A stretch of 64,000 nucleotides of DNA, taken from NCBI GenBank assembly GCA_963705105.1, contig CAVPIW010000006.1:288001-352000 (forward strand), read 5' to 3'. The translations under genes and the position numbers were made by a program. Source of the stretch: an uncultured Nitrospiraceae bacterium. GTDB lineage: Bacteria; Nitrospirota; Thermodesulfovibrionia; Thermodesulfovibrionales; Dissulfurispiraceae. Of the stretch, positions 39,352 through 49,360 are shown in pieces. The stretch's first letter is position 1. Every line of letters begins with the position of its first letter. The notes under the pieces were generated by a model, which was not told the origin of the DNA, searched no databases, and was given only the letters and a program-made list of their open reading frames with translations.

Positions 39352-39987
39352 ATGATAGTCTGCGAGATCTTTGAGAGCATCCAGGGCGAATCGACCTACA
39401 GCGGGCTTTCCTGCTTTTTCGTGAGGTTGGCGGGCTGCAATCTCCGGTGCACATACTGTGATACGACCTACGCCTACGAGGGAGGGGAAGAGCTTGGGAT
39501 AGAGGATATCATCGATCGTGCGGAGCGGTCGCGCCTCGGCCTTGTCTGTATCACCGGCGGCGAGCCCCTGCTGCAGACAGACGTTTTTTCACTCGTCCCG
39601 GGGCTCATTGATCGCGGTGTCACCGTCCTCGTCGAGACCAACGGCAGCATGAGCATCACCGGCATGGACCGGAGGGCCGTCATGATCATGGACATGAAGA
39701 CGCCGAAGAGCGGCATGTCCGGCAGGATGGACCTTGAGAACCTGAAACACCTGAAGCGGTCGGACCAGCTGAAGTTCGTCATTACGGACCGTGAGGATTA
39801 CGCCTGGTCGAGGGATATGATCGTCGGCAGGGACCTTGCCGACGTCTGCACGGTTTTATTATCGCCGGCCTTCGGGATTCTTCATCCGCGGGACCTGGTG
39901 CGGTGGATCCTCGAAGATCGCCTGAGAGTCAGGCTTAATCTGCAACTTCATAAATACATCTTCGGACCTCACGAGAGGGGGGTTTAG
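39352..39987 (+). CDS. queE: 7-carboxy-7-deazaguanine synthase QueE (radical SAM)
   Basis: EIFESIQGE, CNLRCTYCD, ETNGS, LQLHK. Confidence 0.9.
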   Translation: MIVCEIFESIQGESTYSGLSCFFVRLAGCNLRCTYCDTTYAYEGGEELGIEDIIDRAERSRLGLVCITGGEPLLQTDVFSLVPGLIDRGVTVLVETNGSMSITGMDRRAVMIMDMKTPKSGMSGRMDLENLKHLKRSDQLKFVITDREDYAWSRDMIVGRDLADVCTVLLSPAFGILHPRDLVRWILEDRLRVRLNLQLHKYIFGPHERGV

Positions 39988-40505
39988 TGATTAGTTGTGT
40001 CGCTGCTTTTCGTACGGGAGAGGTGGCGGGCGTAAGATACCTCGAAATTGGGCGTGAAAATATCTTTGTCCAGAGCGTTCCCGATCTCCTTCATGCTCCA
40101 GTAGCGTACCTCGTCGATCTCTTCGGTGTTCCACGAGAAAGGCCCGTCATGCATGCAGGAATACGCAAAGACAAGCTCCGTTTCCAGCGAACCCTCAAAG
40201 AGGTGGGAGGACAGGAGCGGGAGACTGTCGCAGGAGATTCCCAGCTCTTCCCTCATTTCCCGTAATGCCGCCGTCATGGCGTCCTCGCCCGGTGAAATGT
40301 GCCCGCCCACGGATGTATCCCATCTCCCCGGATAAAGGTCTTTGCTCTTAGATCGTTTCTGAAGGAGGAGACGACCGTCGGTATGAAAGACAAAAACATG
40401 GACGACGCGATGGATGAGCGTCGGATCAGCGTGGATGACGGACCTCGGCGCCGAACCGATTATTCTGCCCTGCCTGTCAACGACTTCGAGAATTTCCTCT
40501 TTCAT
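39984..40505 (-). CDS. Nudix hydrolase (IDI/YfcD-like)
   Basis: Nudix box GGHISPGE..AALREMREELG; HRVVHVFVF. Confidence 0.9.
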   Translation of the reverse strand: MKEEILEVVDRQGRIIGSAPRSVIHADPTLIHRVVHVFVFHTDGRLLLQKRSKSKDLYPGRWDTSVGGHISPGEDAMTAALREMREELGISCDSLPLLSSHLFEGSLETELVFAYSCMHDGPFSWNTEEIDEVRYWSMKEIGNALDKDIFTPNFEVSYARHLSRTKSSDTTNH

Positions 40506-40509
40506 GATC

Positions 40510-40568
40510 ATCATCGCCTTCAGCAAGGCTTGAGATGCTTCGCCCCGCCTTTTCACGACACAGCAGGG
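40510..40568 (-). mobile_element. MITE left-arm remnant
   Basis: Reverse complement AAAAGGCGGGGCGAAGCATCTCAAGCCTTGCTGAAGGCGATGAT matches the left arm of copies 3 and 8. Confidence 0.7.
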
Positions 40569-40627
40569 CTTCAATTCCAGTTCCGTTTATTATAAATCGG
40601 GCCTGATGTTTTGTGGTAGAATAAGCA

Positions 40628-41089
40628 GTGTCGGGCTTCGGCAACCTTCTCGTCAAGATCGTCGCGACGGTATGCTTCATAGGCTATATACCCTTTGCGC
40701 CCGGAACATGGGGGAGCCTCGCCGCGCTTCTCGTCGTGTGGTATGGCGGCCTTGCATTTCCTCAGCTCGTAATGGTGCTTGTCGGGGCATGCATTGCCGG
40801 CGTCCTCTCGGCCGAGGCAGGCAGGCATGTCTTCGGTGAGGAGGATTCCCCCAGGATTGTTATTGATGAGTTTGCAGGATATCTGGCCTCCGTTCTTTTT
40901 CTGCCCCTGTCGGCGGGATACCTGATTGCCGCCTTTGTTTTGTTCCGGGCTTTTGATATCGTGAAGCCTCCACCGATCCGGCAAGCGGAAAGGTTTTTCC
41001 CGGGCGGATGGGGGGTCATGATCGACGATCTCATCGCCGGCGTCCTGACGAATATTGTTCTGCAGTCCTTCCGTGCCTTGTCGTCCTGA
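40628..41089 (+). CDS. pgpA: Phosphatidylglycerophosphatase A
   Basis: PFAPGTWGS, IVIDEFAG, FRAFDIVKP, MIDDLIAG. Confidence 0.93.
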   Translation: MSGFGNLLVKIVATVCFIGYIPFAPGTWGSLAALLVVWYGGLAFPQLVMVLVGACIAGVLSAEAGRHVFGEEDSPRIVIDEFAGYLASVLFLPLSAGYLIAAFVLFRAFDIVKPPPIRQAERFFPGGWGVMIDDLIAGVLTNIVLQSFRALSS

Positions 41090-41167
41090 GCGGCCCGGTC
41101 CCACGGGGAGAGGGGCCGATGAGGAAGGGACGGCATGGGGCACTCCGTCATGAGAGGAGAGAGATCC

Positions 41168-41723
41168 ATGAGGTGTTTTATTTCCGTCAATCTCAGCGAT
41201 GAAGTCAGGAAGTCCATTCAGAGTGTCATCGATGACCTGAGGCCGCAGTCCCGGGCTGTCCGGTGGGTCCCCGCCGAAAACCTCCACCTGACGCTTAAAT
41301 TTCTCGGAGAGGTGGACGAGGGGATGGTAGACGATATTAGGGGCCTGTTGGCCCCGATCTGCGGGAAATACAGATCTTTTGACATTACACTCAGGGGGAC
41401 GGGGGTTTTTCCGAATCCGGCCAGGCCGCGGGTGATTTGGATCGGCATTGACGCACCGGGTTCGCTTGCGGATCTTGCAGAGGGAGATCGATGAAGCCTT
41501 GGGCCGACTCGGCTTCGAGCGCGAGCGTCGCGCCTTCACTCCGCACCTCACTATCGGCAGGGTGAAGGATGGCGCCGGCGTGCAGCCGGCGATAAAGGCG
41601 CTTCATACCTTTCGGGAAACGCTTTTTGGTAGTATAATGGTGAAGGAAATTCATTTCATGAGGAGCACTTTGAAGCCCTCAGGGGCGGTCTATACCGAAC
41701 TGGCGGGGTTTCCGCTCTCATAA
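41168..41723 (+). pseudogene. thpR: RNA 2',3'-cyclic phosphodiesterase ThpR split by a +1 frameshift near 41475
   Basis: HLTL motif lies in one frame and FTPHLTIGR in another; one extra base in GATCTTGCAG. Confidence 0.85.
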
Positions 41724-41740
41724 GGACAGGAGGCTGAGAC

Positions 41741-42760
41741 ATGAACAAAGATAAATCGAAGGCCCTCGATATGGCCATATCCCAGATCGAAAGGAGCTTC
41801 GGCAAGGGATCGATCATGCGCCTCGGCGCGGGAGCGGTGCCGGAGGGCATGCAGGTCATACCGACGGGGTCCCTCGTGCTCGATATCGCGACAGGCATCG
41901 GCGGCTACCCACGGGGGCGCGTCGTCGAGATCTTCGGCCCCGAATCGTCAGGCAAGACGACCCTGGCCCTTCATGCGATCGCGCAGGCCCAGAAGAGCGG
42001 GGGCATCGCTGCATTCATAGATGCCGAACACGCCCTTGACGTGCACTATGCGGCCAGGCTCGGCGTGAATATCGAGGAACTGCTCGTCTCGCAGCCAGAC
42101 ACGGGAGAGCAGGCCCTCGAAGTCTCCGAAACACTGGTGCGAAGCGGCGCCGTCGACCTCATCGTCATCGATTCCGTCGCGGCTCTCGTCCCGAAGGCGG
42201 AAATCGAGGGCGAGATGGGTGATTCGCTGCCGGGACTCCAGGCAAGGCTGATGAGTCAGGCCCTGAGAAAACTTACGGCCGCAATTTCAAAGTCGCAGAC
42301 GACGGTCATGTTCATCAACCAGATCAGGATGAAAATAGGCGTCATGTTCGGCAATCCCGAGACAACGACGGGAGGAACGGCCCTGAAATTTTACTCCTCC
42401 ATGAGACTCGACATCCGCAGGATCGATAATCTCAAGGACGGTCAGGAGACCGTGGGCGGCCGTGTCAGGGTCAAGATCGTGAAGAACAAGGTGGCGCCTC
42501 CCTTCAGGCAGGCCGAGTTCGACATATATTTCAACGAAGGGATCTCCCGGGTCGGTGAGATCATCGATCTTGCCGTCGAGAAGAACATCGTCGAAAAGTC
42601 CGGGGCATGGTATAGCTACAGCGGGAGCAAGATCGGGCAGGGACGGGAAAACGCGAAGGAATACCTGAAGAGCAACCCTGAGATCGCAGCAGAAATAGAA
42701 GGGAAGATCTTTGACATGACAGACATGAAAAAGACGGGGACTGAGCCAGAGAAACCGTGA
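41741..42760 (+). CDS. recA: RecA
   Basis: [26 protein letters not shown]. Confidence 0.99.
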   Translation: MNKDKSKALDMAISQIERSFGKGSIMRLGAGAVPEGMQVIPTGSLVLDIATGIGGYPRGRVVEIFGPESSGKTTLALHAIAQAQKSGGIAAFIDAEHALDVHYAARLGVNIEELLVSQPDTGEQALEVSETLVRSGAVDLIVIDSVAALVPKAEIEGEMGDSLPGLQARLMSQALRKLTAAISKSQTTVMFINQIRMKIGVMFGNPETTTGGTALKFYSSMRLDIRRIDNLKDGQETVGGRVRVKIVKNKVAPPFRQAEFDIYFNEGISRVGEIIDLAVEKNIVEKSGAWYSYSGSKIGQGRENAKEYLKSNPEIAAEIEGKIFDMTDMKKTGTEPEKP

Positions 42761-43233
42761 CGGACGATCAGGTCCCGGAGAAGGTGAAGGCCTATGCCCT
42801 CAGGCTTCTCTCGTACCGCGACAGGAGTGAACAGGAGATGGCGGTGAAACTCAGGCAGCGGGGATATTCACCGGAAACCATCGAAAAGACCATTGACGAT
42901 CTTCGCAAGGCCGGATTTCTTGACGATGGGAGACTGGCGCGGTATCTTGCGGACGATGCCCGGGAGCGACGGTGCCTCGGTGAAGGGGGGGTGAGGAATC
43001 TCCTCCGGAAGCGGGGCATTCCCAGGGATGTGGCTGAGCAAGTCACAGGCCGGGATGAAGACAGTCCCGAGCGGGCCGAAAGATTCATTGCAAGATATAT
43101 GCAGCGTCATCACGATGACGACGTGACGGCGGCGAGGAAAAAACTCTGGGGCCTGCTCATGAGGAGGGGGTATGTACCCGGGACAATCGCCAGGGCACTC
43201 GATGCCTATTTCGGAAGGGAGCGGGATCCCTGA
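42757..43233 (+). CDS. recX: RecX
   Basis: [19 protein letters not shown] and LMRRGY; follows recA. Confidence 0.9.
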   Translation: MTDDQVPEKVKAYALRLLSYRDRSEQEMAVKLRQRGYSPETIEKTIDDLRKAGFLDDGRLARYLADDARERRCLGEGGVRNLLRKRGIPRDVAEQVTGRDEDSPERAERFIARYMQRHHDDDVTAARKKLWGLLMRRGYVPGTIARALDAYFGRERDP

Positions 43234-43282
43234 AGGTCTGTCGGCACATACTTGAGAATGTCAGGAGTAAAACCACACAATT

Positions 43283-43375
43283 TGTCATTCCGCAAGCCCC
43301 GGTCAAGCCGGGACAGGCTCCGCGCGTCGGGAATCCTTTTGAAAAGAGAAAGATTCCGGACAAGCCGGAATGACA
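43283..43375. repeat. CGTC-type REP-like palindrome
   Basis: TGTCATTCCG...CGTCGGGAATCC...GATTCCGGACAAGCCGGAATGACA; homologous to 26799-26880. Confidence 0.75.
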
Positions 43376-43408
43376 GAATCTTATACCGACCGTGGCTCTA
43401 TAAATGAA

Positions 43409-43585
43409 CCTTTCTGTTGCATGAAAAGGCGGGGCGAAGCACTCTGAAAACAGTGTCCGTGTGAGTGTGAGTGTCAGTGTCGGAAAAGATGTCCAATTCC
43501 CCTATGTCGCGATACAGGTGTCGCCGCAGCAAGGTTTTCGGCGCATACACCCCGCCTTTCCCGGGAGTGTATTGCAACGATAAGG
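43409..43585 (+). mobile_element. MITE-like repeat copy 5 (core B)
   Basis: CCTTTCTGTTGCA...TGCAACGATAAGG; TGAA direct repeats; near-identical to copy 2. Confidence 0.85.
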
Positions 43586-43640
43586 TGAACCCATTAGAAT
43601 ATGGATAAACAGGGAAGATGTCTATAGCAGGAGGTGTGGA

Positions 43641-43997
43641 ATGCGGTTTCGTCTGTGCATGTCAGTCGTTCTCGGTCTCACGTTGCTGTTGCTCCTTGGG
43701 GGATGTACCAAATCGGTTCGATACACCCAGGAAGAGCTGAAGGAATTCCCTCCCGATGTGCAGGAGCGCATCATAAAGGGGGAGATCATGCTCGGCATGT
43801 CGACAAAGGCGGTGCGCTATGCCTGGGGAGATCCACGGTCGATACGGGTCCTTCCGTCCTGGGAGGGCAAATCCCGCGAGGAATGGATTTACGCGTCCAT
43901 GGGTTTCATCGAGACGCACAGGCTCCTTTTCACGGACGGTAAATTGACGTTCATCGTGCCGGAGCCGGAAAAACCTGCGGGACAGGACACAAAATGA
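43641..43997 (+). CDS. Small lipoprotein (BamE/SmpA-like fold possible)
   Basis: Lipobox LGGC; LGMS...AWGDP...EEWIY. Confidence 0.75.
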   Translation: MRFRLCMSVVLGLTLLLLLGGCTKSVRYTQEELKEFPPDVQERIIKGEIMLGMSTKAVRYAWGDPRSIRVLPSWEGKSREEWIYASMGFIETHRLLFTDGKLTFIVPEPEKPAGQDTK

Positions 43998-46624
43998 GAA
44001 GCGGTGAGGTTCGGAAAACCTTTCTGGAGTTCTTCAGATCCCGGGGACACGAGGTCATCCGGAGCTCATCCCTCATTCCGGGCAACGACCCTTCGTTGCT
44101 CTTTACCAACGCCGGCATGGTCCAGTTCAAGGCGGTCTTCCTCGGAGAAGAGAAAAGACCTTACTCCAGGGCCGCGTCGTGCCAGAAATGCATGAGGGCC
44201 GGCGGCAAGCACAGTGACCTCGAAAATGTCGGCCATACGGCGCGACACCACACCTTCTTCGAGATGCTCGGAAACTTTTCTTTCGGCGATTATTTCAAGA
44301 AGGATGCGATCCTTTTCGCCTGGGAGCTCCTCACGGAATGGTACAGGCTCCCCAAGGACAGGCTCTGGGTCTCCGTTTTCCGCGACGATGACGAGGCCCA
44401 GGCCCTCTGGCAGGACCTCACGGGGATCCCGTCTTCCAGGATCGTCAGGCTCGGCGAGAAGGACAATTTCTGGCAGATGGGTGATACCGGCCCCTGCGGT
44501 CCCTGCTCGGAGATCATCATTGATCAGGGTGAGGACATGGGATGCGGCAAGCCTGACTGCGCCGTGGGCTGTGATTGCGACCGGTACCTGGAGCTGTGGA
44601 ACCTGGTTTTCATGCAGTTCAACCGCGATACATCAGGCATGTTGACCCCCCTTCCGAAACCGAGCATCGACACGGGGATGGGTCTCGAGCGGGTGACGGC
44701 GGTGCTGCAGGGCAAGAGGAGCAACTTCGATACGGACCTTTTCGCCCCCATCATCGAGGCCGTGTCGGCAAGGGCCGGCGTGTCCTACGGGAAGTCGGCG
44801 GAGACGGACATCTCCCTCAAGGTGATCGCCGATCACCTTAGGGCCACGGCCTTCCTGATCGCCGACGGCCTGATCCCCTCGAACGAGGGACGCGGGTACG
44901 TGCTGCGTCGTATTGTGAGGCGGGCGTCCCGGCATGCAAAGCTCCTCGGACTGGGCGGGGCCGTCCTCCATGAACTGATCGGATCGGTCGCGGAATCCCT
45001 CGGAGACATCTATCCTGAAATCGTTCTCGACCGGGAGCGGACCGCGAAGGTGCTGCGGTTCGAAGAGGAGAGGTTCTCAAGGACCCTCGAACAGGGCATG
45101 AAAATCCTCGACGACATCATCGGCAGGACCGTGAAGGGGGGAGAGAAGGTCGTGCCGGGAACGGAGCTGTTCCGGTTGTACGACACCTACGGGTTTCCCC
45201 TCGACCTTGCGAGGGACATCGCCATGGACAATCACCTGCTCATCGACGAAGAGGGGTTCCACCGTGAGATGGAGATCCAGCGGGAACGCGCTCGGGCCTC
45301 ATGGGTCGGTGAGGAGGAGGCGATCGCGTCCATTTACCGTGAACTGTCCGCAGAGATCGGCGAGACTGTCTTCACCGGCTATGACACTCTCGAGGCGGAG
45401 TCCGTCATCAGGGCGATGGTCAGGGACGGCAGGGTGGTGACGGAGGCCCTTGAGGGGGAAGATGTCGAGGTCTTTTTTGACAGGACTCCCTTTTACGGCG
45501 AATCGGGCGGCCAGGCGGGGGACGTGGGAATCATCACGAAGAACGGCACCGAAGCAGTTGTGGTCGATACGAAAAAAGAGGTCGGCCTCCATGCCCACGT
45601 CGTCCGGGTCAAACAGGGAGTCCTCAGGGTCTGGGAGAAGGTCACCTGCCGTGTTGACGAAGAGCGCCGCGTTGCCACGGCCAGGAACCATACGGCGACG
45701 CACTTGCTCCATGCTGCTTTGAGGGCGGTCCTCGGCGAGCACGTCAAACAGGCGGGTTCCGCAGTCTCTCCCGAGCGTCTCCGGTTCGACTTTTCCCATT
45801 TCTATTCCCTCGACAAGGCCGAGATCGAGGCGATCGAGGACAGCGTCAACGGGCAGATCCTTGATAACATCAGCCTCCATACGGAGGTCATGCCGATCAA
45901 CGACGCCCTGAAGTCCGGTGTGGTCGCGCTATTCGGGGAGAAGTACGGGGAGCAGGTCAGGGTCGTCAAAGTCCCCGGCGTGAGCGCCGAGCTCTGCGGA
46001 GGAACACACCGGCACGCCACAGGTGATATAGGGCTCTTCGTGATTGTCTCTGAGAGCAGCATCGCCTCGGGTATCAGGAGGATCGAAGCACTGACCGGGA
46101 AGGCGGCCTTCGATTTTCTGAGGGAGCAGAGGAACGAGCTCGACCGGATCTGCAGAACCCTCAAGACAGACAGACCCTTCGAGCGGGTCAATAAACTGCT
46201 CGCCGACCTGAGCGACATCGAGAAAGAGCGGGAATCACTCAAGGCGAAAATCGCCGCCCAGGGTTCTTCGTCCCTTATGGACGCCGTGCGGGAGATCAAC
46301 GGCGTCAAGGTGCTCGTTTCGAGGGTCGACGGGCTTGATCAGAAGGATCTCCGGGTCTATGCAGACACCGTCCGGGACCGTATCGGCTCCGGCGTCATCC
46401 TGCTCGCGTCTGTGAAGGACGGCCAGGCTTCCCTTATCGCCATGGTCACAAAGGACCTGGCGAAACGTTTCCATGCCGGTGAATTGCTCAAGTCCGTCAC
46501 GGCCCGGGCCGGGGGGAGGGGAGGCGGAAAGCCGGAAATGGCACAGGGAGGCATTTCCGGGATCGCTGACAGTGGACAGCTCGACAGCATTCTCGAATCG
46601 GTCTACGATCTCATGAAGGGCTGA
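43994..46624 (+). CDS. alaS: Alanine--tRNA ligase
   Basis: LLFTNAGMVQFK, HHTFFEMLGNFSFGDYFK, NHTATHLLH, ELCGGTH. Confidence 0.99.
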   Translation: MRSGEVRKTFLEFFRSRGHEVIRSSSLIPGNDPSLLFTNAGMVQFKAVFLGEEKRPYSRAASCQKCMRAGGKHSDLENVGHTARHHTFFEMLGNFSFGDYFKKDAILFAWELLTEWYRLPKDRLWVSVFRDDDEAQALWQDLTGIPSSRIVRLGEKDNFWQMGDTGPCGPCSEIIIDQGEDMGCGKPDCAVGCDCDRYLELWNLVFMQFNRDTSGMLTPLPKPSIDTGMGLERVTAVLQGKRSNFDTDLFAPIIEAVSARAGVSYGKSAETDISLKVIADHLRATAFLIADGLIPSNEGRGYVLRRIVRRASRHAKLLGLGGAVLHELIGSVAESLGDIYPEIVLDRERTAKVLRFEEERFSRTLEQGMKILDDIIGRTVKGGEKVVPGTELFRLYDTYGFPLDLARDIAMDNHLLIDEEGFHREMEIQRERARASWVGEEEAIASIYRELSAEIGETVFTGYDTLEAESVIRAMVRDGRVVTEALEGEDVEVFFDRTPFYGESGGQAGDVGIITKNGTEAVVVDTKKEVGLHAHVVRVKQGVLRVWEKVTCRVDEERRVATARNHTATHLLHAALRAVLGEHVKQAGSAVSPERLRFDFSHFYSLDKAEIEAIEDSVNGQILDNISLHTEVMPINDALKSGVVALFGEKYGEQVRVVKVPGVSAELCGGTHRHATGDIGLFVIVSESSIASGIRRIEALTGKAAFDFLREQRNELDRICRTLKTDRPFERVNKLLADLSDIEKERESLKAKIAAQGSSSLMDAVREINGVKVLVSRVDGLDQKDLRVYADTVRDRIGSGVILLASVKDGQASLIAMVTKDLAKRFHAGELLKSVTARAGGRGGGKPEMAQGGISGIADSGQLDSILESVYDLMKG

Positions 46625-46661
46625 CGGGGATTTTCCCGTTGATCTTCTTGCGGCTTTTTGG

Positions 46662-46688
46662 TAAACTCTTTTTGGTTTTTCCCGACAA
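46662..46688 (+). promoter_or_regulatory. Sigma28-like promoter
   Basis: TAAA-N15-CCCGACAA, 27 nt before the ATG at 46716. Confidence 0.5.
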
Positions 46689-46715
46689 TCAAATAAAAAG
46701 CCCAGGAGGTCCCGC

Positions 46716-47642
46716 ATGGATCAACAACGACGTGCCCTGAACATGATGCGTTTCATCGCCCTATTCCTAACACTGCTTCTCACTGTCATGACCTTCAGCG
46801 TGAAGGATGCGAGCGCGACGGAGTTCGGTGGCGGCGCCTATCCCAACGGTGCCGAAGACTTCATGAGCGGCGCATTGCCGCCTCCGGGCACCTATTTCAT
46901 CAATTACCTCACCTACTACACGGCCGATGAGTTCAAGGGCCTCAAGGACCCTCTCGGCAGGGACGTGGACTTCAGCGTCGACGTGATCGCCAACACCTTC
47001 CGGCTCATTCACGTCACGAAGTACAAGATCCTCGGGGCAGACTGGGGGGTGCAAGCCTTTCTTCCTTTTGTGTATGTGGATGCTTCTTTCCCCTTCGGCA
47101 GCGATGACAAGTTCAACATCGGCGACATCATCATCGACCCCATTCTTTTAGGCTGGCACACCAAGAACTGGCATTTCGGAGCGGGTCTGGACATCTACAT
47201 CCCGACGGGCGATTTCGACAAGAACGATCTGGCCAATACGGGCAGAAACTACTGGACCTTCGAGCCGGTCTTCCTCGTCACATTCCTGAGCGACGGCGGG
47301 TTTGAAGTATCGAGCAAGTTCATGTACGACTTCAACACGGAGAACGACGATACCGACTACCAGTCCGGTCAGGAATTCCATTTCGATTACACCATCGGCT
47401 ACAAGATCAAGAACTGGAGCCTGGGAATCGGCGGCTATTATTACAAGCAGACGACGAACGACGAGATAAACGGAGAGAAGGTTCAACCCGACGGTTTCAT
47501 GGGGCGTGTCTTCGCGATCGGACCTCAGGTCAAATATGATTATAAGAACATGGCCTTCACCCTGAAGTACCAGAAGGAACTGGATGTCAAGAACAGGCCC
47601 GAAGGCGACAAGTTCTGGTTCAAGTTCATGTATGCCTTCTGA
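46716..47642 (+). CDS. Outer-membrane beta-barrel, SphA / phenol meta-pathway transporter family
   Basis: Signal peptide; YPNGAEDF.SGALPPPG; C-terminal aromatic signature (FMYAF). Confidence 0.8.
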   Translation: MDQQRRALNMMRFIALFLTLLLTVMTFSVKDASATEFGGGAYPNGAEDFMSGALPPPGTYFINYLTYYTADEFKGLKDPLGRDVDFSVDVIANTFRLIHVTKYKILGADWGVQAFLPFVYVDASFPFGSDDKFNIGDIIIDPILLGWHTKNWHFGAGLDIYIPTGDFDKNDLANTGRNYWTFEPVFLVTFLSDGGFEVSSKFMYDFNTENDDTDYQSGQEFHFDYTIGYKIKNWSLGIGGYYYKQTTNDEINGEKVQPDGFMGRVFAIGPQVKYDYKNMAFTLKYQKELDVKNRPEGDKFWFKFMYAF

Positions 47643-47676
47643 TCGCTCTCACAGGCGCCTGTTTGACTGACTGAGA

Positions 47677-47729
47677 GGCGGTCCCGGTTGGATGCGTATC
47701 TCCAAATATCACTCCGAACCGGGACCGCC
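47677..47729 (+). terminator. Hairpin downstream of the OM barrel gene
   Basis: GGCGGTCCCGGTT ... AACCGGGACCGCC, a 13-bp stem. Confidence 0.5.
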
Positions 47730-47862
47730 GTTCTTCCTCCGCCGGCCGGCCGTGCCTTCCGCATGCGTGCAATGGACCTTTCCTTTAATGCCTTCCATTT
47801 GACTCATCATCGCGAATTTTGGTATTGTTTTTAGATATTCATTCCACAGAAGAGGCGTTCAA

Positions 47863-48255
47863 ATGGGAACTAAACCGGGTAAGAAACAGTCGTTGAAGGA
47901 CAATAAATACCAGGAGATAAAAAAGATTCTGCTACATCAGAGGGAAGCGCTTCTTTCAGGGGCGGGCGTGGCACTCAGTTCCCTCCCGAGTGAGGCGGTC
48001 TTCCCCGAGTTGGGCGATCAGGCATCAGCCGAGATCGACAGGAATTTCATGCTCCGCCTCAAGGGACGGGAGAGAAAGCTGCTCAAGAAGATCGATCAGG
48101 CCCTCGAAAAGATAGAAGGTAATACCTACGGCATCTGTGAGGCCTGTGGTGAAGAGATCAACATCAAAAGGCTCAAGGCGCGGCCCGTGACGACCATGTG
48201 CATCGAGTGCAAGACCGAGCAGGAGGAAGAGGAAAAGTTGAGGGAGGGGAGCTGA
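47863..48255 (+). CDS. dksA: DksA/TraR zinc-finger protein
   Basis: RERKLLKKI..AL, YGICEACG, RLKARP, CIECK. Confidence 0.9.
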   Translation: MGTKPGKKQSLKDNKYQEIKKILLHQREALLSGAGVALSSLPSEAVFPELGDQASAEIDRNFMLRLKGRERKLLKKIDQALEKIEGNTYGICEACGEEINIKRLKARPVTTMCIECKTEQEEEEKLREGS

Positions 48256-48306
48256 CTGAGACTTTTACCCCCTGAAGTTTGTCGTTCCCGTTCACTGAAC
48301 CTTCAA

Positions 48307-48335
48307 GGCCCGCAGTCTTCTGCCGGGCTTTTTTT
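48307..48335 (+). terminator. Rho-independent terminator after dksA
   Basis: GGCCCGCAG-TCTT-CTGCCGGGC followed by T7. Confidence 0.7.
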
Positions 48336-48352
48336 CTGCCGGAACCATAAGA

Positions 48353-48546
48353 CCTTATCGTTGCATAGACCCTTCCGAAAGGCGGGGCGTATGCGCCGAA
48401 AAGCCTTGGTGCGGCGACACCTTAATCGTCCGAAAGACGAAGTTTCAACGCGATGGTCGAAAAAGTGAGTTTTTTACTGACACTGACACTCACACTGACA
48501 CTGTTTTTCAGAGCGTTTCGCCCCGCCTTTTCACGCAACTGCAAGG
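48353..48546 (-). mobile_element. MITE-like repeat copy 6 (core A, reverse orientation)
   Basis: Core is the reverse complement of copy 1; CCTT...AAGG ends; no clean target duplication. Confidence 0.85.
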
Positions 48547-48586
48547 TAGGCTGCTGCAGGAAGGCAGGAGACGAAAGGATCCGACC

Positions 48587-49360
48587 ATGGAGAGACTGAT
48601 ACGCAAGCTCGGTTCGTGGTTTCTGTGCTCCGTCAGGACAACGGGACAGATGTTCCTTTTCCTCCTCAGCGCCCTCTCTTTCATGGTGCGACCACCCTTC
48701 AAATTCAGACAGCTTCTGCGGGAGATCCGCTTTATCGGGACGAAGTCCATGACGGTTATTCTGCTCATGGGATCATTCACAGGAATGGTTCTCGCCCTGC
48801 AGTCCTACCATACGCTCAGAAAAGTCGGATCGGAGGCCCTTGTCGGACCGGCCGTCGCTCTCACCCTGATCAGGGAACTGGGACCGGTTCTTTCCGCCCT
48901 CACTGTGACAGGCAGGGCGGGATCGGCTCTCACGGCCGAAATAGGCATCATGCGGATCACGGAACAGATAGACGCCCTCACCGCCATGGCCCTCAATCCG
49001 ATGCGGTACCTCATCATTCCCAAGATCGTGGCGGCCGTCATCGTCTTTCCTCTGCTCACCGCCATATTCGACCTGGTCGGCATCTACGGGGGCTATCTCA
49101 TCGCCGTCAAGCTTCTCGGACAGAGTTCCGGGACCTACTTCTCACAGATGCAGCATTTTGTCGATATGGAGGACATCAGAATAGGGATCTACAAGTCCTT
49201 CTGTTTCGGCATCATCGTTCTTTGGGTCAGCTGTTTCAAAGGTTTTTACACGGGCCATGGAGCCCAGGGGGTGAGCAGGGCTACGACCGAGGCCGTCGTC
49301 CTGTCATCGATTTTCATACTTGTCACCGACTATTTTATCGGAGCGTTCTTCCTGCCGTGA
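48587..49360 (+). CDS. mlaE: MlaE ABC permease
   Basis: RELGPVL, GSALTAEIGIMRITEQIDAL, GVSRATT. Confidence 0.93.
   Translation: MERLIRKLGSWFLCSVRTTGQMFLFLLSALSFMVRPPFKFRQLLREIRFIGTKSMTVILLMGSFTGMVLALQSYHTLRKVGSEALVGPAVALTLIRELGPVLSALTVTGRAGSALTAEIGIMRITEQIDALTAMALNPMRYLIIPKIVAAVIVFPLLTAIFDLVGIYGGYLIAVKLLGQSSGTYFSQMQHFVDMEDIRIGIYKSFCFGIIVLWVSCFKGFYTGHGAQGVSRATTEAVVLSSIFILVTDYFIGAFFLP

Noticed and set aside
39352..39987. queE as part of a 7-deazaguanine DNA-modification (dpd) defence island
   Set aside because: No dpdA/tgt-like or other dpd genes nearby, and the context is housekeeping.
48616..49356. Apparent 495-aa ABC ATPase with a long N-terminal extension
   Set aside because: The extension is an alternate frame over mlaE. 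The ATPase domain begins at GTG 49357.
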